The notes: generated by a model from the letters alone, not told the origin. Shown: positions 10,146 through 19,248, numbered from the stretch's first letter. The stretch: 32,000 nt of DNA from Pseudomonas aeruginosa (GCF_001457615.1 NZ_LN831024.1:2430001-2462000), one strand, 5' to 3'. Numbers and translations are program-made.

Positions 10146-11735
10146 TCAAGGCCTGGCCGCGCCGTGCAGGTAATGGCGGATGCGCACCTCCACGCCGGCG
10201 CTCTGGAAGCGCCGGGCGGCGGCCTCGACCCGCAACTCGCCGCGGGTCACCCGCTGGTGGTGGCGCAGGTGCTCCAGCCAGGATTCGTCGATGAAGAACT
10301 CCAGCCACAGGCGACGGTTGCCGCTGTCCTGGACCAGCCCCCAGGACACCGCGCCGTTGCGCCGACGCATGGCGCGCACCTCGACCATCGCCGCCTGGAA
10401 TGCCGCGGCGTCCTGTGGGTCGATGTCGTACTCGAGGGTGACCATCACCGGGCCGCGTTCCTGGTCCACCTCTTCGTCGACAAGTGGTGCCGGCCAGTGC
10501 AGCGACGGCGCGAGGTCCTCGGCCTCGGTGACCGGCAGCCGGCAGCGCAGCGACGCGAACAGGCCGAGCAGCAGCGCGGCGCTGGCGCAGAGCAGGGCGA
10601 AGGTGATCGACAGGTGGCTGGCGACCAGACCCCACAGGGCGCCGCCGGCGGCCATGCTGCCGAAGAACACCAGGATGTAGACCGCCAGCGCGCGGGCGCG
10701 GACCCAGGCCGGCACGGAGGTCTGCGCGGCGACCTGCAGGCTGGAGAGCACGGCGATCCATGCCGCGCCGCTGAGCAGCATCACCGGCACCAGCAAATAG
10801 AGGTTGCGCAGCAGCGCCAGGGCCACCAGCACCAGTGCGTAGAGCACGCTGGAGAGCAGCACCAGGCGGTCGCTGCCGAGGCGTTCGCGCAGGCGCGGCA
10901 GGAACGCGGCGCCGAGCACCGCGCCGACGCCGACGCTGCCCAGCAGCAGGCCGAAGTCCATGGCGTTGCCATGCAGTTCGCCGCGCACGATCAGGGGCAG
11001 CAGCGACATGCCGGCGCTGGCGCCGAGGAAGAACGCCACCGCACGCACCAGCACCGATTGCAGTGGCCTCGAGCTGCGGCTGTAGCGCCAGCCGGCGCGC
11101 AGGGCGCCGAACAGGCGTTCCGCCGGCAGCACCGAGGGCACGGCCTCGCGTTTCCAGGCCAGCAGCACGGCGATCACCGCGAAGAAGGAGAGGGCGTTGA
11201 GGGCGAAGGTCAGCCAGGGGCCGACCAGGCTCACCAGCACCCCGGCGATGGCCGGTCCGACCGCCCGCGCCAGGTTGACCCCGACACTGGACAGCGCCAC
11301 CGCCGCCGGCAGTTCGTCCTTGCCCACCAGTTCCGGAGTGGTGGCGCTCCAGGCCGGCATCATCAGCGCGGTGCCGATGCCCATGCACAGGGTCAGGCCG
11401 AGCAGCAGCCAGACGCTGGTCAACTGGAGCAGGGTGAGGCCGGCCAGCAGGGTGGCCACCAAGGCCATCCACAATTGCGCGCCGAGCAGGTAGCGGCGCT
11501 TGTCGACGATATCGGCGAGGGCGCCGGCCGGCAGGGCCAGGAAGAACATCGGCAGCGATCCGGCGACCTGCACCAGGGCCACGTTCAGCGGGCTGGCGGA
11601 GAGCGAGGTCATCAGCCAGCCGGCGCCCACCTCATGCATCCAGGTGCCGATGTTCGAGGCGATGCTGGCCAGCCATAGCCAGCGGAAGGTGGCTTGGCGC
11701 AGGGGACTCCAGGGTGAGGCGGCGGGTGCGGTCAT
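10146..11735 (-). CDS. MFS transporter (MFS_3 type) with C-terminal ABM-like domain
   Basis: 529 aa: MTAPAASPWSPLRQATFRWLWLASIASNIGTWMHEVGAGWLMTSLSASPLNVALVQVAGSLPMFFLALPAGALADIVDKRRYL...; after the TM region a soluble tail MVTLEYDIDPQDAAAFQAAMVEVRAMRRRNGAVSWGLVQD... Confidence 0.9.
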   Translation of the reverse strand: MTAPAASPWSPLRQATFRWLWLASIASNIGTWMHEVGAGWLMTSLSASPLNVALVQVAGSLPMFFLALPAGALADIVDKRRYLLGAQLWMALVATLLAGLTLLQLTSVWLLLGLTLCMGIGTALMMPAWSATTPELVGKDELPAAVALSSVGVNLARAVGPAIAGVLVSLVGPWLTFALNALSFFAVIAVLLAWKREAVPSVLPAERLFGALRAGWRYSRSSRPLQSVLVRAVAFFLGASAGMSLLPLIVRGELHGNAMDFGLLLGSVGVGAVLGAAFLPRLRERLGSDRLVLLSSVLYALVLVALALLRNLYLLVPVMLLSGAAWIAVLSSLQVAAQTSVPAWVRARALAVYILVFFGSMAAGGALWGLVASHLSITFALLCASAALLLGLFASLRCRLPVTEAEDLAPSLHWPAPLVDEEVDQERGPVMVTLEYDIDPQDAAAFQAAMVEVRAMRRRNGAVSWGLVQDSGNRRLWLEFFIDESWLEHLRHHQRVTRGELRVEAAARRFQSAGVEVRIRHYLHGAARP

Positions 11736-11737
11736 GG

Positions 11738-13045
11738 TCAGAGCGAGCCTTTGAGTGGGTATTCGACGATCAGGTAGAGGCGGTCGATGTCGTCGCCGGC
11801 CTGGGCCGCGTTGGCCCGGTGGCTGAGGTGCGAGACGTTCAGCGAGAGGTCCTTGAACGGGCCCGAGGCGAACAGGTAGCGCAGGTCGAGGTCGCGCTCC
11901 CAGTGCTTGCCGCCGCTGCCCTGCAAGGGCCGGTAGCGGCCATCGGCGCCCAGCGGGTTGTAGGCGCCGCCGGCCGGCGCATGGCTGCCGTCGATGGCGC
12001 GGCCGCTGACGTAACGCGCCATGAAGCTCAGCCCCGGCAGGCCGAACGGGGCCAGGTCGAGGTCGTAGCGGGCCTGCCAGGAGCGTTCGCCCGGACCGTT
12101 GAAATCGGCGTACTTGATCGAGTTGGCGAGGTAGATGGAGTCACCTCCGACGAAGTCGAACGGCGTATCCCCATGGACACGCTGGTAGGCCAGGGAGAAA
12201 CCCTGCGCGCCGACGCGGTACTTCAGTTGCAGGCTGTAGGCCAGGGTGTCGATCGCGCCGGCCCGGCTGCGGCCCTGGTCGCGCGTGCGATAGAGGTTGC
12301 CATCCAGGCTGAACGCGGCACGTTGCAGGTTCATGTTGAGATAGACCTGGCGCCAGACGTTGTCCAGTTGCGCGGCGAACAGCGAGCCGCTCAGGTTGTC
12401 GCTGGCCGCCAGGCTGGCGCCGGCGAAGCCAATGGCGCTGCCGGCGGTGCTCGCGCCGTAGCCGTCGAAGTCGCCATGGCCGGAGCTGGAGGCCTGTTCC
12501 TTGAAGGCGGTGAAGCGCCCGGCCTGGATCCGCACGCGGTCGAGGTCGTCGCTCTGCAGGAAGAAGCCCCTGGCGTACTGGGGTTGCAGGCGCTTGTCGC
12601 TGGTATCGAAGACCGGGGTCTCGACGGTCATCTCGCCGACCTTGAGCAGGCTCTCGCCGAGCCGCAGCTTGAGTGCGGCGCCGGCGTCGGAATACTCGCT
12701 GGCGTTATCGCCGGATGAGTCCAGCGGCAACAGGCCGGTGCCGGCATGGCCACGTCCGCCGTCGAGCTTGAAGCCGGCGAAGCCGTGGAGATCGAGGCCG
12801 AAACCGACGCGGCCGGGAGTATAGGCCGACTCCAGGTCGACGATCAGGCCGTGTGCCCATTCCTTGCGGTAGCCGCGCCCGGCGTCCGCGCGGCGATAGT
12901 CGTTGTAGAGGAAGTAGTTGCGGTTGAGCAGGCGCCACTCCAGGTAGTCGGGTGCCTTGGCTTCCTCTGTCGCGGCGTGGCACGGCGAGGTGCCGCCCAG
13001 CGCCAGGAAAAGGGCCAGGCGGCCGACCGGTCGAACGCGGATCAT
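11738..13045 (-). CDS. opdB: OprD-family outer membrane porin OpdB
   Basis: 435 aa with signal peptide MIRVRPVGRLALFLALGGTSPCHA, then DYLEWRLLNRNYFLYNDYRRADAGRGYRKEWAHGLIVDLESAYTPGRVGFGLDLHGFAGFKLDGGRGHAGTGLLP, typical OprD-family; symbol from gene context. Confidence 0.85.
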   Translation of the reverse strand: MIRVRPVGRLALFLALGGTSPCHAATEEAKAPDYLEWRLLNRNYFLYNDYRRADAGRGYRKEWAHGLIVDLESAYTPGRVGFGLDLHGFAGFKLDGGRGHAGTGLLPLDSSGDNASEYSDAGAALKLRLGESLLKVGEMTVETPVFDTSDKRLQPQYARGFFLQSDDLDRVRIQAGRFTAFKEQASSSGHGDFDGYGASTAGSAIGFAGASLAASDNLSGSLFAAQLDNVWRQVYLNMNLQRAAFSLDGNLYRTRDQGRSRAGAIDTLAYSLQLKYRVGAQGFSLAYQRVHGDTPFDFVGGDSIYLANSIKYADFNGPGERSWQARYDLDLAPFGLPGLSFMARYVSGRAIDGSHAPAGGAYNPLGADGRYRPLQGSGGKHWERDLDLRYLFASGPFKDLSLNVSHLSHRANAAQAGDDIDRLYLIVEYPLKGSL

Positions 13046-13093
13046 CGGGAAAACTCCGGGCGAGGCGGGCCTCGAAGGGCCCGCCCGGGTACG

Positions 13094-15073
13094 TCAGAAA
13101 GCGAAGCAGGAACAGCCGAATGCGCCCCAGAAACCCTGGAAGTCGCTCACCGGTACGTTGGAGTGGCGCGCGCGGTTGTGCTCGTGGGCGTGTACCGCGC
13201 AGGCACCGACGCACTGGTGGACCTGGGCGGTCAGCGGCGCGCCTTGCCGCCAGTGGCCGGGTACCTTGGCCACCGGCGACCAGTCCGGCAGCACCGGCGG
13301 CGCCGGCGGACCGAGCTTGTCGAACTCGGCGGCGGCATAGACGACCTTGCCGTCGACCACCGTGAGCACCGACTCGATCCACTTGATGGCCTCTTCCTCG
13401 ACGCCGAAGAAGTCCGCCGACAGCGCCGCCAGGTCGGCGAGCTGGCCAACCTTGATCTGTCCTTTCTTGCCCTGCTCGCTGGAGAACCAGGCGCTGCCGT
13501 GGGTGAACAGCTGCAACGCGGTTTCCCGCGGCAGGCCCTGCGGATACAGGGCCATGCCGCCGACGGTGCGGCCGCTGACCAGCCAGTACAGCGAGGTCCA
13601 GGGGTTGTAGCTGGAGACCCGGGTGGCGTCGGTGCCGGCACCCACCGGCACGCCCTCGGCGAGCATGCGCTGGATCGGCGGCGTGGCCTCGGCGGCCTTG
13701 GCACCGTAGCGGTCGACGAAGTACTCGCCCTGGAAGGCCATGCGGTCCTGGATCGCGATGCCGCCGCCGAGTGCCCGCACCCGCTCGATGTTGCGCGGGG
13801 TGATGGTCTCGGCGTGGTCGAAGAACCAGGGCAGGCCGTTGAACGGAATGTCGCGGTCGACCTTCTCGAACACGTCGAGCATCCGCGAGATCGATTCGTC
13901 GTAGGTGGCGTGCAGGCGGAACGGCCAGCGCTGCTCCACCAGGTGGCGGACCACAGGCTCCAGCTCCTGCTCCATGGTCTGCGGCAGGTCCGGGCGCGGT
14001 TCGAGGAAGTCCTCGAAGTCGGCGGCGGAGAACACCAGCATCTCGCCGGCGCCGTTATGGCGGAAGAAATCGCTGCCCTGGCCGTACTTGACGCTGCCGG
14101 TCCAGTTCTTGAAGTCGGCGAGTTCTTCCTTCGGTTTCTGCGTGAACAGGTTGTAGGCGATGCGTACGGTGAGCTGGCCCTGGTCGGCCAGTTCGCGAAT
14201 CACCTGGTAGTCGTCCGGGTAGTTCTGGAAGCCGCCGCCGGCGTCGATCGCGCTGGTCAGGCCGAGGCGGTTGAGTTCGCGCATGAACTGGCGGGTGGAG
14301 TTGACCTGGTATTCCAGCGGCAGCTTCGGTCCCTTGGCCAGGGTGGCGTAGAGAATCATCGCGTTGGGCCGGGCGATCAGCATGCCGGTGGGTTCGCCGC
14401 TGCTGTCGCGGACGATCTCGCCGCCGGGCGGGTTGGGCGTGTCCTTGGTGTAGCCGACCACGCGCAGGGCGGCGCGGTTGAGCAGGGCGCGATCGTACAG
14501 GTGGAGGACGAACACCGGGGTGTCCGGCGCGGCCTTGTTCAATTCCTCCAGGGTCGGCATGCGCTTCTCGGCGAACTGGAACTCGTTCCAGCCGCCGACC
14601 ACCCGCACCCACTGGGGGCTGGGCGTGCGTTCGGCCTGGTTCTTGAGCATGCGCAAGGCGTCGGCCAGGGAGGGCACGCCTTCCCAGCGCAGCTCCAGGT
14701 TGTAGTTGAGGCCACCGCGGATCAGGTGCAGGTGCGAGTCGTTGAGACCGGGGATCACGGTGCGCTTCTGCAGGTCGATCACCTGGGTGGCGCTGCCGCG
14801 ATGGAGCATCGCCTCGGCGTCGTTGCCGACGGCAAGGAACTTGCCGTCCTTGATCGCCACGGCGGTGGCGGTGGGGTTGTCGCGGTCCACGGTGTGGAAA
14901 CGGCCGTTGTGCAGGATCAGGTCGGCGGTCATGGAACCTCCTGGGTTGCTTGCGGGAGAAAGGCTGGCGGCGTTGGCGAAGGGCAGGGCGGACCACAGGA
15001 CTCCGGCGGCGCCCAGCACCGAACTGGTAGTGAGGAAATGGCGGCGGTCCTTGCTCGGCGGATCGTGGCTCAT
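13094..15073 (-). CDS. YtcJ-like amidohydrolase (amidohydrolase_3) with Tat-like N-terminus
   Basis: 659 aa: MSHDPPSKDRRHFLTTSSVLGAAGVLWSALPFANAASLSPASNPGGSMTADLILHNGRFHTVDRDNPTATAVAIKDGKFLAVG...VIPGLNDSHLHLIRGGLNYNLELRW...; HxH metal motif, QDRMAFQGEYFVDRYG, GTDA. Confidence 0.88.
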   Translation of the reverse strand: MSHDPPSKDRRHFLTTSSVLGAAGVLWSALPFANAASLSPASNPGGSMTADLILHNGRFHTVDRDNPTATAVAIKDGKFLAVGNDAEAMLHRGSATQVIDLQKRTVIPGLNDSHLHLIRGGLNYNLELRWEGVPSLADALRMLKNQAERTPSPQWVRVVGGWNEFQFAEKRMPTLEELNKAAPDTPVFVLHLYDRALLNRAALRVVGYTKDTPNPPGGEIVRDSSGEPTGMLIARPNAMILYATLAKGPKLPLEYQVNSTRQFMRELNRLGLTSAIDAGGGFQNYPDDYQVIRELADQGQLTVRIAYNLFTQKPKEELADFKNWTGSVKYGQGSDFFRHNGAGEMLVFSAADFEDFLEPRPDLPQTMEQELEPVVRHLVEQRWPFRLHATYDESISRMLDVFEKVDRDIPFNGLPWFFDHAETITPRNIERVRALGGGIAIQDRMAFQGEYFVDRYGAKAAEATPPIQRMLAEGVPVGAGTDATRVSSYNPWTSLYWLVSGRTVGGMALYPQGLPRETALQLFTHGSAWFSSEQGKKGQIKVGQLADLAALSADFFGVEEEAIKWIESVLTVVDGKVVYAAAEFDKLGPPAPPVLPDWSPVAKVPGHWRQGAPLTAQVHQCVGACAVHAHEHNRARHSNVPVSDFQGFWGAFGCSCFAF

Positions 15074-15539
15074 GGCGTGCTCCTGGCAGCGGGGCGGAAT
15101 CGGTCAGCGAGGGCGGCGGCGAGAGAGGCCACCGGACAGGATAGGTGCGGCGGAAAACGTACGGGACGAAAGAGCGGTTTTCCCGAATGACGCATCCTCC
15201 TGCAAGCGCAACTTGCTGGTGGTCGATAGCAAGTAAGGCGCGAGACATGTCCTGAACTTCATGGGGGCTTTTTCTTATAGGGCGGACTGTCGATTCTGCT
15301 AGCTGGTAATCCTTCTTTTATTGTCTCTGTGTGCGCTTTTTGTATGGATGTGTCGAATATTTTGAATATCGCCGTTCAAATTTATCCAGGGCCGAAGTTC
15401 AGTGATTTATTTTCTCGAAAAGTTTGTTTTTTCCAATATTCATGCTTCATAGTCTGGCCGGCCACGGGAAATTATCTGTTGGCCCGCGTGCTGTTGTGCG
15501 CAACAGCTGGAATTCATCGTTCGTTGTCAGGAAACAATC

Positions 15540-16220
15540 ATGAGCCACTATCTCGAAGTTCTAACTCCGCAGAACAGCCAGATCATCTTCATCGACCAGC
15601 AGCCACAGATGGCATTCGGTGTACAGTCCATCGATCGCCAGACGCTGAAGAACAACGTAGTGGGCCTGGCCAAGGCGGCGAAGGTATTCGACATCCCGGT
15701 CACCATCACCACGGTGGAAACCGACAGCTTCTCCGGCCCAACCTATCCGGAGCTGCTGGCGGTGTTCCCCGAGCAGAAGATCCTCGAACGCACCTCGATG
15801 AACTCCTGGGACGACCAGAACGTGCGCGACTCGCTGGCCGCCGCGGGCCGCAAGAAGGTCGTGGTCGCCGGGCTGTGGACCGAGGTCTGCAACACCACCT
15901 TCGCCCTCTGCGCCATGCTCGAGGGCGGCTACGAGATCTACATGGTGGCCGATGCCTCGGGCGGCACCTCCAGCGACGCCCACAAGTACGCCATGGACCG
16001 CATGGTCCAGGCCGGCGTGGTACCGGTGACCTGGCAGCAGGTCCTGCTGGAGTGGCAGCGCGACTGGGCCCGCCGGGATACCTACGACGCCGTGATGGCC
16101 ATCGCCAAGGAGCATTCCGGGGCCTACGGCATGGGCGTGGACTACGCCTACACCATGGTGCACAAGGCGCCCGAGCGGGTGACCCACGGCGAACGCATCG
16201 GCCCGAATCCGGCCAAGTGA
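15540..16220 (+). CDS. Isochorismatase-like cysteine hydrolase
   Basis: 226 aa: MSHYLEVLTPQNSQIIFIDQQPQMAFGVQSIDRQTLKNNVVGLAKAAKVFDIPVTITTVE...KKVVVAGLWTEVCNTTFALCAMLEGGYEIYMVADASGGTSSDAH; catalytic D/K/C pattern. Confidence 0.93.
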   Translation: MSHYLEVLTPQNSQIIFIDQQPQMAFGVQSIDRQTLKNNVVGLAKAAKVFDIPVTITTVETDSFSGPTYPELLAVFPEQKILERTSMNSWDDQNVRDSLAAAGRKKVVVAGLWTEVCNTTFALCAMLEGGYEIYMVADASGGTSSDAHKYAMDRMVQAGVVPVTWQQVLLEWQRDWARRDTYDAVMAIAKEHSGAYGMGVDYAYTMVHKAPERVTHGERIGPNPAK

Positions 16221-16225
16221 ATGCC

Positions 16226-16260
16226 GGCCGTGCCGCTCCGGTCCGCCGGGCGGCACGGCC
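16226..16260 (+). other. Intergenic 11-bp perfect inverted repeat, 13-nt loop
   Basis: GGCCGTGCCGC-TCCGGTCCGCCGG-GCGGCACGGCC between the hydrolase stop and the XapX ORF. Confidence 0.6.
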
Positions 16261-16276
16261 GCGAAGGAGAACGAAG

Positions 16277-16558
16277 ATGAAGCTCTACGTATTGTCGCTG
16301 GGCGCCGGACTGTTGGTGGGGATCGTCTACAGCCTGCTGCAGGTGCGTTCGCCGGCTCCGCCGCTGGTGGCGCTGGTGGGGTTGCTCGGCATCCTGCTCG
16401 GCGAGCAGGTCATCCCGGTCGGCAAGCAATTGCTCGGCGGTTGCGCGTTCGCCTCGGCCTGCGACAAGGCGGGTTCGGTCGGCCATGTGCTGGGGCAACT
16501 ACCGGGTCGGCATCGCCTCGACCAGGCCGCTGGCCCGTCGGAAAAGGAAAAGGGTTGA
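16277..16558 (+). CDS. Small XapX/DUF1427-like membrane protein
   Basis: 93 aa: MKLYVLSLGAGLLVGIVYSLLQVRSPAPPLVALVGLLGILLGEQVIPVGKQLLGGCAFASACDKAGSVGHVLGQLPGRHRLDQAAGPSEKEKG; pattern YxLL(x)VRSPAPPxVALxGLLGxLxGEQ typical of XapX. Confidence 0.85.
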   Translation: MKLYVLSLGAGLLVGIVYSLLQVRSPAPPLVALVGLLGILLGEQVIPVGKQLLGGCAFASACDKAGSVGHVLGQLPGRHRLDQAAGPSEKEKG

Positions 16559-16727
16559 GCGTTATATCATCGAGTAACAGCGCAGTAATCTGGTAGTTAT
16601 CTTCGTCGGTTAGATTTCCCCGGAACGGCTCCCTCGGATTAATCTCTGGGGGAGCTTTCGTGCGTCGTTTTTCGCGTCGAGAGAAAAGTGTCACGAGATC
16701 ATCAGGCGCATGGAATCAGGGGGAGTC

Positions 16728-17621
16728 ATGACTGTTGCCATAGACAGAACAAAGGGCGACCAATCCACGCCAGGGAACATCATAAGGGGAGAAGGGTACG
16801 CCTTGATTCGCAATAGTGAGGCGACTCCCGATCCGGACAAGGTGATCCATATTCCTTGTGCCGATTCGTTTTCCGTCATCGTGCAGTTGCGCGATTTCAA
16901 TTCCCATCGTCTCTGGAATGGAAACAAACTGGTTTTCGATGGCGGACATCCACGGAAAAGTATCTCCATCGCCTATCTTGGCGATGAAATAAAGTGCCAG
17001 CACCGGACAACTTACGACAATGTCCGCTTCATGTTGCCGCGCGCTTCGATAAAGGAGTTTCTCTACGAAGAAGGGCAACGCGCGTCCGCCGAGCCGGAGC
17101 GGATCATCGGTGTCGACGATCCGGTGGTCTATCACCTGGCGCTGGCGCTGCTGCCCAGCTTCGCCAGGGCGGGCGAGCGCAACGAACTGTTCATCGAGCA
17201 GGTCATGCTGGCGCTGTTGACCCACGTTCAGGATCGCTTCGCTTCGACCCAGGTCCCGGTCTGCACCGGCAAGGGCCTGGCGCCCTGGCAATTGCGCAGG
17301 GCCAAGGAGCTGATCGCCGGGCATCTGGCCGAGGGCGTGTCGGTGGCGCGCCTGGCCGAGGAGTGCGGGCTCTCGCGCAGCTATTTCACCAAGGCCTTCA
17401 AGTGCAGCACCGGTGTTTCGCCCCACGAATGGCTGATGCGCATGCGCGTCGACCGGGCCAAGGAGCTGATGCTGGGCAGCGACGAACCGCTTTCGCAGAT
17501 CGGCGTCGCCTGCGGCTTTTCCGACCAGCCGCATTTCTCGCGGATCTTTCTCCGGCTGGCCGGCGCCTCGCCCTCGACCTGGCGTCGGGTCAAGCGGCAG
17601 CGCACCGACGCAGCGCTGTGA
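16728..17621 (+). CDS. AraC-family transcriptional regulator
   Basis: Strong purine-rich SD (gggggag) before ATG at 16728 (MTVAIDRTKGDQ...); C-terminal HTH SVARLAEECGLSRSYFTKAFKCSTGVSPHEWLMRMRVDRAKELMLGSDEPLSQIGVACGFSDQPHFSRIFLRLAGASPSTWRR. Upstream ATG at 16710 also possible. Confidence 0.93.
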   Translation: MTVAIDRTKGDQSTPGNIIRGEGYALIRNSEATPDPDKVIHIPCADSFSVIVQLRDFNSHRLWNGNKLVFDGGHPRKSISIAYLGDEIKCQHRTTYDNVRFMLPRASIKEFLYEEGQRASAEPERIIGVDDPVVYHLALALLPSFARAGERNELFIEQVMLALLTHVQDRFASTQVPVCTGKGLAPWQLRRAKELIAGHLAEGVSVARLAEECGLSRSYFTKAFKCSTGVSPHEWLMRMRVDRAKELMLGSDEPLSQIGVACGFSDQPHFSRIFLRLAGASPSTWRRVKRQRTDAAL

Positions 17622-17734
17622 ACCGCGACCGTGCGTGACGGACGGTACGGAAGCCGCCGGATGCTCGGCTAGAATGCCCTGGCTTCGGCGGTCGCCATCG
17701 GCCGCCCACTTCGCAACGGAACAGGGAATCGCAG

Positions 17735-18838
17735 ATGAAAGCAGTACGCCAGGGTCGCGGCGTAACGGGGTTGCTCATGCTCCTGGCGCTGGCCGGGTGC
17801 AGTTCGCGGTCGGCGGAGCCGCCGCCGCCCAACCCCGACGAAGTACGGGCGAAGATCGTCCGCCTGATGCCGGCCACGGTGCGCGATCGCCAAGGGTGGG
17901 CCAGCGATATCTACGCGGCCTTTTCCGCCCAGCAGATCTACCCCAGCGACGAGAATCTCTGTGCGGTGCTGGCGGTGACCGAGCAGGAGTCCACCTACCA
18001 GGTCGACCCGCCGGTGGCCGGCCTGGGCAGGATCGCCACCCGCGAGGTCGAGCGTCGTGCCGACAAGCTGCACGTGCCGGCGTTCCTGGTCAGCTCGGCG
18101 CTGAATATCAAGTCGCCCGATGGCCGCACCTACAGCCAGCGCCTGGCCGCGGCGCGCACGGAGAAGGAACTGAGCGAGACATTCGACGATTTCATCGCCA
18201 TCGTGCCCATGGGCGGCAAGCTGTTCGGCGGCTTCAACCCGGTACACACCGGCGGGCCGATGCAGGTCAGCATCGCTTTCGCCGAGCAGCACGCGGACGG
18301 CTATCCCTATCCGCTGGACGGCAGCATCCGCCGCGAGGTGTTCAGCCGGCGCGGCGGCATGTATTTCGGTATCGCCCACCTGCTTGGCTATCCGGCGGAC
18401 TACCCGGCGCCGCTGTACCGCTTCGCCGACTTCAACGCCGGCTGGTATGCCAGTCGCAACGCCGCGTTCCAGAGCGCGGTGAGTCGCGTCTCGGGGATTC
18501 CGCTGGCGCTGGATGGCGATCTGATCCGCTACGGCACGCGCACGCCGGGCTCCACCGAACTGGCCGTGCGCAGCCTCGGCAAGCGCCTGGACATGAGCGA
18601 CGCGGCGATCCGCCGGGCGCTGGAGCAGGGCGACAGCCCGGAGTTCGCCGACAGCGCGCTGTACCGCAAGGTCTTCGCCCTGGCTGAAAGCGCCACCGGC
18701 AAGACATTGCCCCGCGCCGTGCTGCCGGGGATCACCCTGGAGAGCCCGAAGATCACCCGCAAGCTGACCACCGCCTGGTTCGCCAAGCGCGTCGACGAAC
18801 GCTACCAGCGCTGCATGGCGCGCGTGCGGAAACGCTGA
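17735..18838 (+). CDS. DUF1615-like lipoprotein
   Basis: 367 aa: MKAVRQGRGVTGLLMLLALAGCSSRSAEPPPPNPDEVRAKIVRLMPATVRDRQGWASDIYAAFSAQQIYPSDENLCAVLAVTEQESTYQVDPPV; lipobox LAGC and lysozyme-like E-x-(n)-TEQESTYQ region. Confidence 0.85.
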   Translation: MKAVRQGRGVTGLLMLLALAGCSSRSAEPPPPNPDEVRAKIVRLMPATVRDRQGWASDIYAAFSAQQIYPSDENLCAVLAVTEQESTYQVDPPVAGLGRIATREVERRADKLHVPAFLVSSALNIKSPDGRTYSQRLAAARTEKELSETFDDFIAIVPMGGKLFGGFNPVHTGGPMQVSIAFAEQHADGYPYPLDGSIRREVFSRRGGMYFGIAHLLGYPADYPAPLYRFADFNAGWYASRNAAFQSAVSRVSGIPLALDGDLIRYGTRTPGSTELAVRSLGKRLDMSDAAIRRALEQGDSPEFADSALYRKVFALAESATGKTLPRAVLPGITLESPKITRKLTTAWFAKRVDERYQRCMARVRKR

Positions 18839-18903
18839 GTCCATCGTCGCGCGGGTCGAACCTGGCGCCGCCGCGGGAGTCTGCCGTCCTGTCAGCCAAG
18901 CTC

Positions 18904-19245
18904 ATGGAGAAGCAGCGTATGAAGACCCGATACAGCGCCGAGGCACCGGCGCGCGACGAACTGGACCGGCTCGCCGGTCCGACGCTGGTGGAGTTCGGTA
19001 CCGACTGGTGCGGCCATTGCCAGGCCGCCCAGCCGCTGCTGGCGGAAGTATTCGACGACTATCCGGAGGTCGGCCACCTGAAGGTCGAGGACGGTCCCGG
19101 GCGCCGCCTGGGGCGCTCGTTCCAGGTCAAGCTGTGGCCGACCTTCGTCTTTCTTCGCGACGGCCGGGAGGTGGCGCGGGTGGTCCGCCCCGGCAGCGCC
19201 AGCGTGCTGGAAGAAGCGTTCGAGAGCCTGGTCGGCGAGGGCTGA
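18904..19245 (+). CDS. Thioredoxin-family protein
   Basis: 113 aa with WCGHCQAAQPLL active site and PTFVFLRDGREVARVV; start may be the internal Met (MKTRYSAEAP). Confidence 0.9.
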   Translation: MEKQRMKTRYSAEAPARDELDRLAGPTLVEFGTDWCGHCQAAQPLLAEVFDDYPEVGHLKVEDGPGRRLGRSFQVKLWPTFVFLRDGREVARVVRPGSASVLEEAFESLVGEG

Positions 19246-19248
19246 GGA

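Noticed and set aside
9523-11472. 649-aa reverse ORF that ends in Tse2
   Set aside because: The upstream part is an out-of-frame reading of the MFS gene fused to tse2; the real tse2 start is the ATG at 9999.
12746-15190. 814-aa forward ORF
   Set aside because: Antisense of the amidohydrolase and the opdB start; composition is that of a shadow ORF.
15329-16558. 409-aa forward ORF from the low-GC region to the XapX stop
   Set aside because: It runs out of frame through the isochorismatase gene; only the last 93 codons (XapX) are real.
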